Below the pieces are notes generated by a model. That model made no database searches. It was not told the origin of the DNA and was given only the letters and a program-made list of their open reading frames with translations. From the NCBI GenBank assembly GCA_008080735.1, contig SHMW01000013.1:15918-77859 (forward strand): DNA of 61,942 nt, in the 5' to 3' direction. The stretch comes from Promethearchaeota archaeon. GTDB taxonomy: Archaea; Asgardarchaeota; Lokiarchaeia; Sigyniarchaeales; SOKP01. Numbering within the stretch: the stretch's first letter is position 1; each line of letters starts with the position of its first letter. Positions 1 through 10,721 of this stretch are shown one piece after another. The position numbers and the translations under genes were made by a program.

Positions 1-40
1 AAAGTTTCTTTAATTAAAAAGATTTTTAAATATAGAAATT

Positions 41-1759
41 ATGTTCTTTATAATACCTAATTTTCTAAAAATGTCAAAAAATAATTTTAATAATAATATA
101 ATAATTTTTTCTATCCTCTTTTGTATGGTAATTAGTTTGAACATTGGATTCTTTTCTTTCCAGAGTTCTACTGATAATTCTGAATTGAATCACTCTAATG
201 AGTCTATTAGTATCTCCTCAATTGACTTTCTCGAGAAGAATATTAATTCTTCAGTTTCCAATGCATCTTTTATCGGTGAAGAAGCAAATGATAATTCAGG
301 ATACTCTATTTCTGGAGTTGGGGATGTTAATGGGGATGGATATGGCGACTTTATTATCGGAGCTAATGATAATGATGATGGGGGGTCTGACTCGGGAAAA
401 GTCTATCTTTTCTTTGGTCAAGAGTTTGGATTAAGTAATAATATTGCCTGTTCAGATGCGAACGCATCATTTATTGGAGAAAATCCTAGAGATTTATGTG
501 GAAGGTCAGTTGCAGGAGTAGGAGATGTCAATAAGGATGGTTATGCTGACTTTTTAATAGGGGCATCAAATTTTAGTGATGGTTTAGAAGGTAGAGGTAA
601 AAGTTACCTATTTTTCGGAAGAGTTTCTGGTTGGCATAAAAATAGTAAGGTAACCGATGCTGATGCCTCATTTCTTGGAGATGGGTTAGCAGATTATTCT
701 GGTAGAATCGTCTCAGGAGCGGGTGATGTTAATGGTGATGGATATGATGACATTCTAATTGGTGCTTATAACTATGAAATTACTTCAGGAATAGGAATAA
801 CCTATTTAATTCTCGGAAAAGATCGTGGCTGGGAAGCAGACCTTAGTCTATCTAATGCGGATGCATCTTATATAGGGGAAAACGATGATGACGAATCTGG
901 TATAGCTCTTTCAAGAGCGGGGGATGTAAACGGAGACGGATATGATGATTTTCTCATCGGGGCACACCGTAATGATGATGGGGGGTCTAATTCGGGTAAA
1001 TCATATTTAATTTTTGGTAAAAAGTCTGGATGGCACCAATATACAAATCTGAATGGAGCAGGAGCCTCTTTTATTGGAGAGTCTGCTAATGACCGCTTTG
1101 GTTATACTGTTTCAGGAGCGGGTGATATAAACGGAGACGGATATGATGATTTTCTCATCGGAGCATGGCTTAATGATTTCAGTGGTGTGGATGGTGGTAA
1201 AGCTTACCTTTTTTTTGGTAAGGAAACGGGATGGGAAAGAAATCTAAATTCTTCTAAAGCAGCTGCTTCATATTTCGGAGAAGAAGATGGTCAATGGTTT
1301 GGAATATCGGTTTCGGGTGCTGGAGATATAAACGCTGATGGATATAGTGATTTTCTCATCGGAGCAGAGAATAATGATTTTGGTGCTACGGGTGCGGGTA
1401 AAGCTTACCTTTTTTTTGGTAAGGAAATTGGATGGGAAAGAAATCTAAACGCTTCTGGAGCAAATGCATCAATTTTTGGGGAGAGTTTTGGAGACCAATT
1501 AGGACATTCGGTTTCCGAAGCAGGAGATATCAACGGCGATGGTGGGAGTGATTTTCTCATCGGAGCTATTGAAAACGATGATGGAGGAAATAATGCAGGA
1601 AAAACATATCTTTTTTTTGGAGAGGTTAAGAATGATCCTCCTGTTAATGATGATGGAAATAATTATATTAATAATATCCCCGGTTATAATCTGGTAGTGA
1701 TCATTACTATATTTGGAATATCTGTAGTTTTGATAGCAAAATCCAAATTCAGAAAATAA
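41..1759 (+). CDS. FG-GAP repeat (integrin-alpha-like beta-propeller) cell-surface protein with C-terminal Loki-CTERM-like anchor
   Basis: Seven ~67-aa repeats of G.SVSGAGD(V/I)NGDGYDDFLIGA...GK.YLFFG. N-terminal hydrophobic segment; C-terminal IPGY + TM + KSKFRK. Start could be the ATG at 71. Confidence 0.9.
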   Translation: MFFIIPNFLKMSKNNFNNNIIIFSILFCMVISLNIGFFSFQSSTDNSELNHSNESISISSIDFLEKNINSSVSNASFIGEEANDNSGYSISGVGDVNGDGYGDFIIGANDNDDGGSDSGKVYLFFGQEFGLSNNIACSDANASFIGENPRDLCGRSVAGVGDVNKDGYADFLIGASNFSDGLEGRGKSYLFFGRVSGWHKNSKVTDADASFLGDGLADYSGRIVSGAGDVNGDGYDDILIGAYNYEITSGIGITYLILGKDRGWEADLSLSNADASYIGENDDDESGIALSRAGDVNGDGYDDFLIGAHRNDDGGSNSGKSYLIFGKKSGWHQYTNLNGAGASFIGESANDRFGYTVSGAGDINGDGYDDFLIGAWLNDFSGVDGGKAYLFFGKETGWERNLNSSKAAASYFGEEDGQWFGISVSGAGDINADGYSDFLIGAENNDFGATGAGKAYLFFGKEIGWERNLNASGANASIFGESFGDQLGHSVSEAGDINGDGGSDFLIGAIENDDGGNNAGKTYLFFGEVKNDPPVNDDGNNYINNIPGYNLVVIITIFGISVVLIAKSKFRK

Positions 1760-1910
1760 AATGCTTAATCTTTCTTTTTCTTTTTTTCGAGCGAATCTGA
1801 TTCTCAACTCAATTTTGCATAAATAAATTATCAATTAAGGATGTGGTATTATTTGGCGTATGACTCAATTTCCATTTTAATCCTTGAAAGGAATTTTTCT
1901 GGAATTCTTA

Positions 1911-2822
1911 TCAATATAATTCATGAGTAAGGTATGTATAAAAATGTTTGAAATAGCCTTTAGTGTCTTTCGTTATAAAATCCGAGGAAATAGTACCATT
2001 TGTGATTGCTTCTTTAAAATCATATCCTCCTTTTATCATAAAAAAGTTCATATATTTATTTTTGAGCGCATTTCGGGGGCATGTGTAGACACATCGCATA
2101 CATAGTACGCAATTATCTCCAAATTCTAATCCATCATTTATAAATTGAATATTATTTGTAGGACATTTTTTAACGCATCTCCCACACTTATTGCATGCGT
2201 TTGAAGCGTGCAGAAACTTTCCAAAGTATTTTGCGCCCCAGGATTCTAACCAACCAAAGATCCTTGACATCCCTCTCAGATAACCTGGATTGGGTTGAAG
2301 CTTTTGTTTTCCTTGGAGGATTTCAAGAGTGTAGATATTTATTTTGCGTTTTGCAGTGAGGTAAAGCTGTTTTTTAAGCTGTGGATCATAATCTATGATG
2401 ATATTCGACGGCATCACCAAAAAATCCTCATGAAATACGTGTAAACCTTTCTTTTTCAACTTTTTTCGAATTTCTTGGGTTGGGCCCCCATAAAAGAGGG
2501 GATCTCCCATTGTTTTAAACAAAAACGCATTCATATCTATTGATCTTGGGAGATTTTCGATAAATGAGAATAAGATCGAAGGAGGTCTGAAGGCGTGTAC
2601 GGGATGCCCCAATCCCATAATATCATATTTTCCAAAATCGAAATCTGGGACGTTTCTAATAACATCTTCAATCGGTAAAGTATCTACGATTATATCATAG
2701 TTTTCAAACGCTGCTTCATATAAATCCGCAACGATTTGAGTATTCCCGGTTCCAGAAAAGTAAAATATTATTATTTTTCTGATTTTTCGCGATTTTTCTG
2801 AGCTAGACATCCTGAGTGCCAC
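1911..2822 (-). CDS. EFR1-family ferredoxin (flavodoxin-like domain + 2x[4Fe-4S])
   Basis: YFSGTGNT flavodoxin motif; CNKCGRCVKKCP and CVLCMRCVYTCP. Confidence 0.85.
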   Translation of the reverse strand: MALRMSSSEKSRKIRKIIIFYFSGTGNTQIVADLYEAAFENYDIIVDTLPIEDVIRNVPDFDFGKYDIMGLGHPVHAFRPPSILFSFIENLPRSIDMNAFLFKTMGDPLFYGGPTQEIRKKLKKKGLHVFHEDFLVMPSNIIIDYDPQLKKQLYLTAKRKINIYTLEILQGKQKLQPNPGYLRGMSRIFGWLESWGAKYFGKFLHASNACNKCGRCVKKCPTNNIQFINDGLEFGDNCVLCMRCVYTCPRNALKNKYMNFFMIKGGYDFKEAITNGTISSDFITKDTKGYFKHFYTYLTHELY

Positions 2823-2992
2823 CCTAAAAACTTACATTGATAATAAAAACGTATTTCTATCTATATCGTGAGAGTATTTATATTTAATATTTTTCAATAC
2901 CAATTCAAAATTCATACTTTATTATTAAATGGAAGAAAAAAAAGATTAAATAAGGGAGAAAAAATTGATTTCTGGTTTGAGTTTGTTATAAA

Positions 2993-3994
2993 TTATAATT
3001 TTTTCACAATAAGATCAACCATACGATTCGAAAAGCCGATTTCGTTGTCATAATATGAGAGTATGAATACCTCGTTTTCGATCACTTTTGTCCAGATACT
3101 ACTAAAAATTGAACTATGAGGATTCCCAATAATATCGCTACTGACGATGGGTTCTTCAGAATATTCCAAAATGCCCCTCAATGAAGATTCAGCTGCTTGC
3201 TTCATTTCCGAATTAATTTCCTCGGAGCTAGTACGCTTTTCTACCACGGCTTTCAGATCGACTAGACTTCCGTCAAGTGTTGGGACTCGAACGGCAATTC
3301 CATCCAATTTACCTTTTAGATCGGGAAAAATCTCACCGATGGCCTTTGCCGCGCCCGTCGATGTAGGAATCATATTCGCTGCACATGCCCTTCCTCTAAT
3401 CATCTTGCTGGCATCTCCGGATCGTACGATATCAACATTTGATTGATCATTGGTATAGGAATGAATTGTTGTCATTAAACCATATTTTATTGTAAAATTT
3501 TCATGAAGCACTTTCACTACTGGCCCGAGACAGTTCGTTGTACATGAGGCGTTTGAAATAATTTTATGTTCTGCTTGAATCTTTTCATCATTACATCCCA
3601 TAACAACGGTAATATCCGGATTTGTCGCAGGAGCACTTATTAACACCCTTTTTGCACCTGCTTCTAAATGTCTCGCGGCGTCATCTCGATTAGTAAAACG
3701 TCCTGTACTTTCTACTACAACATCAATCTGGTTTTCATTGTGAGGCAAGCTCGTGGGATCACGTTCGGCAGTAATAGGAATTTCCTTACCATTAACAATT
3801 AATGCTTTTTCCTTATAACTAATTGTTCCAGGGAATCTACCGAAAACTGTATCAAATTTAAGAGCATATGCTAAGTATTTGGGTTCAAAAAGATCATTTA
3901 TTGATATAATCTCTAAGCCAGAATTTCCCGTTGCTGCCCGCAAAAATAAACGACCAATCCTTCCAAATCCATTAATTGCTACTTTTTTGACCAT
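2993..3994 (-). CDS. gap: type I (bacterial-type) glyceraldehyde-3-phosphate dehydrogenase, copy 2
   Basis: INGFGRIGR, ISNASCTTNCL catalytic motif, PTSTGAAKA, YDNE. Confidence 0.95.
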   Translation of the reverse strand: MVKKVAINGFGRIGRLFLRAATGNSGLEIISINDLFEPKYLAYALKFDTVFGRFPGTISYKEKALIVNGKEIPITAERDPTSLPHNENQIDVVVESTGRFTNRDDAARHLEAGAKRVLISAPATNPDITVVMGCNDEKIQAEHKIISNASCTTNCLGPVVKVLHENFTIKYGLMTTIHSYTNDQSNVDIVRSGDASKMIRGRACAANMIPTSTGAAKAIGEIFPDLKGKLDGIAVRVPTLDGSLVDLKAVVEKRTSSEEINSEMKQAAESSLRGILEYSEEPIVSSDIIGNPHSSIFSSIWTKVIENEVFILSYYDNEIGFSNRMVDLIVKKL

Positions 3995-4268
3995 ATCGTA
4001 AATCTCCTTTATGTAAATCCTTTTACAAAAAATTATAGATCAAAAAAATATAATCATTTCTTTGTTAATTAAGTTTTAGATTGGTGATGATAGCAATCAC
4101 TAATTAGAGGATGAAATTTAGTATATTAAATTAAGTATATTTAAGTTAGGCTATAGAATCTATAGAGAGATTGAAACTGCAATAAATTTGCAGTCGGAGA
4201 AATATTGAAATTATTATATCTTATGGGATAAACTTGATAAATAAAAAAAAGGTAAAAATTCAAGAGTT

Positions 4269-5270
4269 TTATAATTTTTTGACGATTACATCCACTAATC
4301 TATTGCTGTAGCCCCATTCATTATCATACCAGCTTAATACGCTAGCCAGATTTCCGATGGTATTCGTAAAAATGCCACATACGATAGAACTTGCTGGATT
4401 ACCGACGATATCACTGCTTACGATAGGATCATCGGTATATTCTAAAATACCTTTCAATGGGCCCTCTGCTGCAGCTTTCATGGCAGCGTTTACTTCCTCG
4501 ATCGAAGCCTCTTTTTCTAAATTAAATTTCCCATCGACTACGCTTCCATCAGGTGTGGGAACTCTCATAGCCATTCCGTCTAATTTCCCATTTAATTCTG
4601 GAAATACTAATCCAATCGCTTTCGCAGCTCCTGTAGAAGTCGGTAAGATGTTAGCTGCGCAAGCTCTTCCTCTTGTCATCTTAATCGGAGAAGCTTTTTT
4701 AGCAGTGTCCACAGGTGCTTGGGTGCTCGTATAGGAGTGGATAGTTGTGATTATTCCTTTTTCAATCCCGAAGCTATCATTTAAAACTTTCACAACTGGT
4801 CCCAAACAGTTGGTTGTACAACTCGCATTGGAAATAATCTGATGATCGTCTTTTATTTTTTCATCATTACAACCTAACACCACGGTAATGTCGGGATCCG
4901 TCGCGGGGGCACTAATTAATACCTTTTTGGCGCCCGCTTGTAAATGTTTCGCAGCACCATCTCTGTCAGTGAAAAATCCGGTCGATTCTAAGGCTACTTC
5001 AACACCGTAATCCGTATGTGGTAATTGGGCAGGATCTCGTTCGGCTGTAATAGGAATTTCTTTTCCATCAATGATTAATGCTTTTTCTTTATAGTCTACT
5101 GTGCCTGGGAAGCGTCCGAACACGGTATCATATTTCAACACATATGCTAAATATTTAGGCTCAAACAAATCGTTGATGTATTTTATGTCAATGTCTGGGT
5201 TTCCATACGCGCTTCGGAAGAAATTACGCCCGATTCGGCCGAATCCGTTGATCATTATATCTTTAGCCAT
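4269..5270 (-). CDS. gap: type I (bacterial-type) glyceraldehyde-3-phosphate dehydrogenase, copy 1
   Basis: INGFGRIGR, ISNASCTTNCL, WYDNEWGYSNR. Confidence 0.95.
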   Translation of the reverse strand: MAKDIMINGFGRIGRNFFRSAYGNPDIDIKYINDLFEPKYLAYVLKYDTVFGRFPGTVDYKEKALIIDGKEIPITAERDPAQLPHTDYGVEVALESTGFFTDRDGAAKHLQAGAKKVLISAPATDPDITVVLGCNDEKIKDDHQIISNASCTTNCLGPVVKVLNDSFGIEKGIITTIHSYTSTQAPVDTAKKASPIKMTRGRACAANILPTSTGAAKAIGLVFPELNGKLDGMAMRVPTPDGSVVDGKFNLEKEASIEEVNAAMKAAAEGPLKGILEYTDDPIVSSDIVGNPASSIVCGIFTNTIGNLASVLSWYDNEWGYSNRLVDVIVKKL

Positions 5271-5529
5271 TTTTTCTCAACTCTGTTTAATTTTACTTTG
5301 TTAATTTTGAATTGTCAAATGTAGGTAATACAACAAAATTTTTTAACTTTTTTTAAAGTTTGGAGTAAAAGTTATAGATGCTAAAATACTACCCTCTGGG
5401 AAGTAATCTTAGCTAAGTTAAAAAATTGATTTTGAATTTAATTCTCAAATCTATAATAGAGCTTAAAGCTAAATGTTATTAATCAAAATAATTTTCAATT
5501 AATCAGACCATTTTATTACAATAGGTTAT

Positions 5530-6138
5530 TTGTTGGAGAAAATGAAGGAAAAATCGATTAAAAAGGCGCTTAAGGAGATCCTCGTGGTGGTCTCGGGAAT
5601 CCCGCGCTCCGGAACGTCGCTTATGATGCAGATGCTTCAAGCAGGCGGAGTCAAAATTTTATCAGACCGCAAACGAGTCGCAGATCGGAATAATCCAAAA
5701 GGATACCTCGAATTAGAGGCGGTCAAGAAACTTTCAAAGGATAATAGCTGCTTAAAAGCACAGAAAGGGAAAGCTGTGAAGGTGATTTCTCACTTACTTA
5801 AACATCTGCCTGGAGACCAGCGATATAAAGTCATTTTTATGAACCGCCATATCAATGAAGTCATAAAATCACAGCAAAAGATGCTGGGTAAAATTGAGAA
5901 GAAATATCCGAAAGCCTTGATGAAAGCATTTAATAAAGAGGCGACAAGAGTGAAACAATGGGCTCGCGCACAGTCTAATATTGAGCTGCTTGATATGAAC
6001 TATTCTGATATAATCGAGAATCCTTCTCGAGAGGTAGAAAAAATTATTACCTTTCTCGAGGCTCCCCTCTATAAAGAGAAGATGATTGAGGTTATAGATC
6101 CCTCACTCTATCGCTCTAAAATCGACCAAAACCTATGA
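5530..6138 (+). CDS. sulfotransferase-family protein
   Basis: PAPS-binding P-loop VVSGIPRSGTSLMMQML; NPKGY motif. Start may be the ATG at 5542. Confidence 0.8.
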   Translation: MLEKMKEKSIKKALKEILVVVSGIPRSGTSLMMQMLQAGGVKILSDRKRVADRNNPKGYLELEAVKKLSKDNSCLKAQKGKAVKVISHLLKHLPGDQRYKVIFMNRHINEVIKSQQKMLGKIEKKYPKALMKAFNKEATRVKQWARAQSNIELLDMNYSDIIENPSREVEKIITFLEAPLYKEKMIEVIDPSLYRSKIDQNL

Positions 6139-6200
6139 AATAAGGAAATTTTTCATAGATTTCAATTTGATTTAAAATAGGTAAATAAATTAAATTAGAT

Positions 6201-6971
6201 TTATTCTTGTTCTTCTGCGGTCTCCTTGCCTAATAACCTCATCATGGCATCAGCGAGTTTATTTTGTCTCTTACTCGTGATACCTTTGACCTTGCCAACC
6301 TTTCCGAGGACGCGTTGCATTATCGCATTCCACACCGATCCTGGCTCTCCTTTTACATCCATGAAACGATCCCGAAACACTTTTACGCTTATGTTCTTAT
6401 AATTTTCCGCAGCTTTTGAGCATTTAAAGCATAAAATACATTTCTTTCTATCGGCTTTTATTTCTCCATTCTCAACTGAAAGAGCTCCTACGGAACATTC
6501 ATCCGCAAATTGTTCAAGAATCTTTTTATCTTTTTCTTCGGACGATATTTTTATACTTCCATCAACTACTTTCCGAACTTTATTCCCATTCTCTAACTCT
6601 CGCACTTCTTCGTGAAATTCGGGAAGAGATTCGTTTTCGACTAAGGGAAGTCGTTTTTCATCATTGATATATAATTTCAAGGTATATCCTGGGCAGATCC
6701 ATGTGCAACAGCCACACCAGATGCATTTTTCGGTATCAACAACGATCTTTTTATCCGATTCCATTCGCATTTCTTCGGGAGTACCGATTGCTGTTTTTTT
6801 TATGGGTTCGTCATAAATAGAAACGGTGACGGGACATACGCGATGGCAAAAACCGCATTCAACGCATTTAGACTCATCATATTCGAGAATCATTTCATGG
6901 TTAAGCATCTTATAAACGTAATGGGTCACATTTTCGTCCACTTCGATGGTTTTTTTTGCTGGTAATGACAT
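6201..6971 (-). CDS. 4Fe-4S dicluster/polyferredoxin-like protein
   Basis: CVECGFCHRVCP, CIWCGCCTWICP, CILCFKC. Confidence 0.85.
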   Translation of the reverse strand: MSLPAKKTIEVDENVTHYVYKMLNHEMILEYDESKCVECGFCHRVCPVTVSIYDEPIKKTAIGTPEEMRMESDKKIVVDTEKCIWCGCCTWICPGYTLKLYINDEKRLPLVENESLPEFHEEVRELENGNKVRKVVDGSIKISSEEKDKKILEQFADECSVGALSVENGEIKADRKKCILCFKCSKAAENYKNISVKVFRDRFMDVKGEPGSVWNAIMQRVLGKVGKVKGITSKRQNKLADAMMRLLGKETAEEQE

Positions 6972-7348
6972 TTAAATTCACCAATTATTCTTAGTTCACA
7001 AATTGTAATAATAATATGTTTAATTAATAATTAATTGTAAATTAATGACAAATGCGCTAATTTTTTGTTAACCCCCTAATTGATACTTAGCTCCGATAAC
7101 GCTTCAGATTTAATTATAATCATTAACTTTTTGCTTATAATATCTTTGATATTTGTAGATAAAAAAATAAAATCACTATATCTTTTTAAATCCAAAAATA
7201 TTTTAGTTAGGAACTGCTAAAAGCATTATTATAATTTTACTTTTATTGTAATTTCTTTTGTTTTAGTTAGGCGAAAGCAAAAATTATTAGAATATTATAA
7301 AAATTCTACAAATTGAATTCAGAAGTTTAGTTAATAAGGTAGATTTAA

Positions 7349-8911
7349 ATGAAAATATTGTATATAAATCCTTTGCGAATAAATGCTGGTCTTGATTTTG
7401 TTATTAAGGGACAACCATTAAACTTAATGACCTTAGCGGCGATGGTTCCTGATCATGAATCGAAGCTAATTGATTATAAAATTCAAGAATTTAATAAAGA
7501 GAACTTAAAAAGTGAATTGAATCGTCATGATGCAGTTGCAATAACAAGCATGACGCCACAAATCTATAGTGCGTTTGAAATCGCAGACATTGCCAAAACA
7601 ACGGATTGTCCAACCATTCTGGGAGGATATCATCCCACTTTAGCTCAAGATTATGTAATTAAACATCCTTCTGTCGATTATATCGTAAGAGGAGAAGGAG
7701 AACATACATTTAAAGAATTAATTGATTTCCTCAATGGAAACAAAAATAATTCTGCATTAAAAGATATCGATGGTCTCTCATTTAAAAATAAAAATGGAAA
7801 AGTAATTCATAATAGAGATCGAGCATTAGAAAAGAATTTAGATAATTTTCCTTTACCACGACGTGATTTAATCGATGATTCAAAATATTTATATCTAGGA
7901 GTCAGAGTTGCATCGCTCGAAAGCTCCCGAGGTTGCCCTCATTCATGTAAATTCTGTTGCATTCAAAAAATGTGGAGAGATCCTTACTCACATTTAGGAT
8001 ATAGATCAAAAAGTGTAAAACGCATAATGCAAGAGATCTATGATGTCGATTGGAAAAAAAACGATTTCATCTTTTTTTGTGAGGATAATTTCACCATCAA
8101 TATCCACCGCACCAGAAAGATACTTGAAAGCATTATAAAGTCTCGGGTTAATAATAAGATGTATTTCAGCTGTCAATCGAGAGTTGACACATTATATAGG
8201 AATCCTTGGTTAGTCCAATTAATGCACAAAGCGGGAATGAGACAAGTTTTTTTGGGTATCGAGTCGGTACATCAACAGAGTCTAAACGCAATGAACAAAA
8301 AGGGGACTACCCCCTCGATGACAAGAAACGTAGTCGAAATGCTTCAAGATTATGGTATATCGATTTTTGGAGGAGTAATTATTGGATTTCCTGGAGAAAC
8401 TAAACGAATGGTAAGACAAACCATACAATTCACAAAATCGTTGAATTTAACTTGTGTTCAATTTACACCAATAACTGCTTTTCCAGGCACAGAATTTTAT
8501 GATGAGGTAAAAGCCCAAAATAATGTAACTAGTAAAAATTATCGCCATTACAATTTATTCTATTCAATGATGAGAACAGACGAATTAACAAGTAAGGAGT
8601 TATATGAATTAGTTGTTGAGGCGTATTCTTCTTATTATTTCGGAAAGGAATGGCTCTTAGCATTAGGGAGAAGATATAGTAATCCAGTCGGAAAATTTAA
8701 TTGGATGTTTAAAAATATTCCTAAATTTGCAAGATCTGTTATAAAAAGTGGATGGGAAATGTTTCGAAGCCAAGGTATATCGAGATCGACAATATCTGAT
8801 GAGCTAAAAGAAATTGGTCGGAAAGAGAATAAATTAAAAACAAATCAAAATTATCAAATAGAAACAAAATTAAACTTAACCGCTACTGCTAAAGAAGAGT
8901 CTTCTACTTAG
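7349..8911 (+). CDS. cobalamin-binding radical SAM protein
   Basis: B12-binding region ILGGYHPT..VRGEGE; SRGCPHSCKFC radical SAM motif; GIES, PFPGT-like motif. Confidence 0.9.
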   Translation: MKILYINPLRINAGLDFVIKGQPLNLMTLAAMVPDHESKLIDYKIQEFNKENLKSELNRHDAVAITSMTPQIYSAFEIADIAKTTDCPTILGGYHPTLAQDYVIKHPSVDYIVRGEGEHTFKELIDFLNGNKNNSALKDIDGLSFKNKNGKVIHNRDRALEKNLDNFPLPRRDLIDDSKYLYLGVRVASLESSRGCPHSCKFCCIQKMWRDPYSHLGYRSKSVKRIMQEIYDVDWKKNDFIFFCEDNFTINIHRTRKILESIIKSRVNNKMYFSCQSRVDTLYRNPWLVQLMHKAGMRQVFLGIESVHQQSLNAMNKKGTTPSMTRNVVEMLQDYGISIFGGVIIGFPGETKRMVRQTIQFTKSLNLTCVQFTPITAFPGTEFYDEVKAQNNVTSKNYRHYNLFYSMMRTDELTSKELYELVVEAYSSYYFGKEWLLALGRRYSNPVGKFNWMFKNIPKFARSVIKSGWEMFRSQGISRSTISDELKEIGRKENKLKTNQNYQIETKLNLTATAKEESST

Positions 8912-9034
8912 AGAGAGAATTTTTTTTTTTATCCTATTCAAAAAGTTGACAAAGAACATTTAAAAAGGGAATCTTAAGATCCTTGAGGATCTCACACTAT
9001 AATATTCTCTTACATAAATACAATATAATGCATT

Positions 9035-10480
9035 TCATTTATCGATATCGAGAATGGTCTTTACCAGATTTTTCTTTTCTTCCCAGTTCGCTTGTCGAGA
9101 GATCATGATACGTTGCGCTTGGGGTGAGCCTGCTCCATGCATCGATTCTGTTCGATAACTGACAGATGCGACTCCCATCGTTAAATTTTCAATAAATCGT
9201 AGCAGTCTAAATCGATTTTTAACGGGCTCATCAGTCGTATCCAGATACTTCCTCAAGTAATGCCCGATATCTGCAGAATTAAAATCTTCTTCAGAGGGCA
9301 TCGTACATATTAACCCGCCAGCCAAATCTTCTGCTAAGCGGGCAATCTCATAAGGAAATCGGGTCACATTTTGTTTACACACGTTCGCTATCAGCATATC
9401 CATTTCATAATTACCCGCAGGTCTTTGGAAACCTAACGCACTACATGCGATCCCACTACTAAAGAGTGTTTCATTTAGTTGGATCATTTCTACTAATTTA
9501 TCTTTGATATGAGAACTTCTATCTACGCCATGATATTCCGAGATGAGAGCAGATGCGCCGATTAGTGCATCACCTACACCCACTTTACATCCTCCATATG
9601 ATTGTCGGTGAAAACCTGCAAATCGATTGACTAATTCACTTGCGAATTCCACTTCACCATTCATAAGAATATTTTCATTCGGAATAAAGACATCGTCAAA
9701 AATGACGAATATTTCCTGACCGCCATATTTAAAGTTTCCAATATCAAGTTTTCCTTCCTCTAATTTCCGAGTGTCGCAAGATTGTCGTCCGTAGATCATC
9801 GTGATCCCTTCAGCATTGGTATCCACACCACAACTGATGGCATATTCTTCTTCCCCCTCTCGCAGTGAGAGTGTAGGCATAATTATTGCGCGATGAGAAT
9901 TTAAAAATCCCGTTTGATGGATTTTAGCACCTCGAATTATTACACCATCTTCCCGTTTTTCAACCGCATGCAAAAAAGCATCGGGATCTGGTTGATCTTT
10001 GGGTCGTATCCCTCTATTTCCTTTTGTATCCGTCATTGCCCCTCCTACCATCAAATCTTGGTTTTGGACTTCAATCCAATATCTCTTAAAACGTTCATGG
10101 TAATCCGTATCATATTTCTTGTCCATTTCATAGGTCACACTGAAAAGCGCATTCGCCGTATCAAATCCAACGCATCTTTGAAAACAACATGCGGTTTTCT
10201 GGCCGAGTAAGCGTTGCATTTTAACCTTTTTAATCAAGTCATCGGTGGATTGATGAATATGGGTGAATCGATTGACAATCTCCCCTGTCAAATGAGATTT
10301 GGCAGTCATGATATCTTTATATTCTTCCATCTGTGCTAATTCATATATTTTCATTACGGTATTGATGGAAGGTCGAATGATTGGGTGAGTCCAAAAATTT
10401 TCGACTTTTTTACCAAACATATAGAGATTGACAGGTCGCTTGATACTATCGAGATATTCTTCGGGAGTTTTTAACGGCAT
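9035..10480 (-). CDS. abfD: 4-hydroxybutyryl-CoA dehydratase (HpaB/AbfD family)
   Basis: CFQRCVG and HRQSYGGCK [4Fe-4S] ligand motifs; ESMHGAGSPQAQ. ATG at 10480 (MPLKTPEEY) preferred as start. Confidence 0.85.
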   Translation of the reverse strand: MPLKTPEEYLDSIKRPVNLYMFGKKVENFWTHPIIRPSINTVMKIYELAQMEEYKDIMTAKSHLTGEIVNRFTHIHQSTDDLIKKVKMQRLLGQKTACCFQRCVGFDTANALFSVTYEMDKKYDTDYHERFKRYWIEVQNQDLMVGGAMTDTKGNRGIRPKDQPDPDAFLHAVEKREDGVIIRGAKIHQTGFLNSHRAIIMPTLSLREGEEEYAISCGVDTNAEGITMIYGRQSCDTRKLEEGKLDIGNFKYGGQEIFVIFDDVFIPNENILMNGEVEFASELVNRFAGFHRQSYGGCKVGVGDALIGASALISEYHGVDRSSHIKDKLVEMIQLNETLFSSGIACSALGFQRPAGNYEMDMLIANVCKQNVTRFPYEIARLAEDLAGGLICTMPSEEDFNSADIGHYLRKYLDTTDEPVKNRFRLLRFIENLTMGVASVSYRTESMHGAGSPQAQRIMISRQANWEEKKNLVKTILDIDK

Positions 10481-10721
10481 AGAATATATCACTTAATATT
10501 GGTTATCTATTTAATGTATAAGGAATGAAGTCTGTAAGAATTAATAAGTATTACTGAGTACTTTGATAAATACTTAAGTAAAAGTCGTTAATGATCTGAT
10601 TGTTATTAAAGTGAAAAAGTATCATAGTAAAGGATCATTTATACAAAAAAGTAAAAAGCTTTATTTTGAAAAAAATTCTTATTAGATAGGATATCTGGTT
10701 TAATAACACTTCAAATAAATT

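Noticed and set aside
4176-4194. ACTGCAA/TTGCAGT inverted repeat between the gap genes
   Set aside because: A single 7-bp stem with no second copy is not distinguishable from chance.
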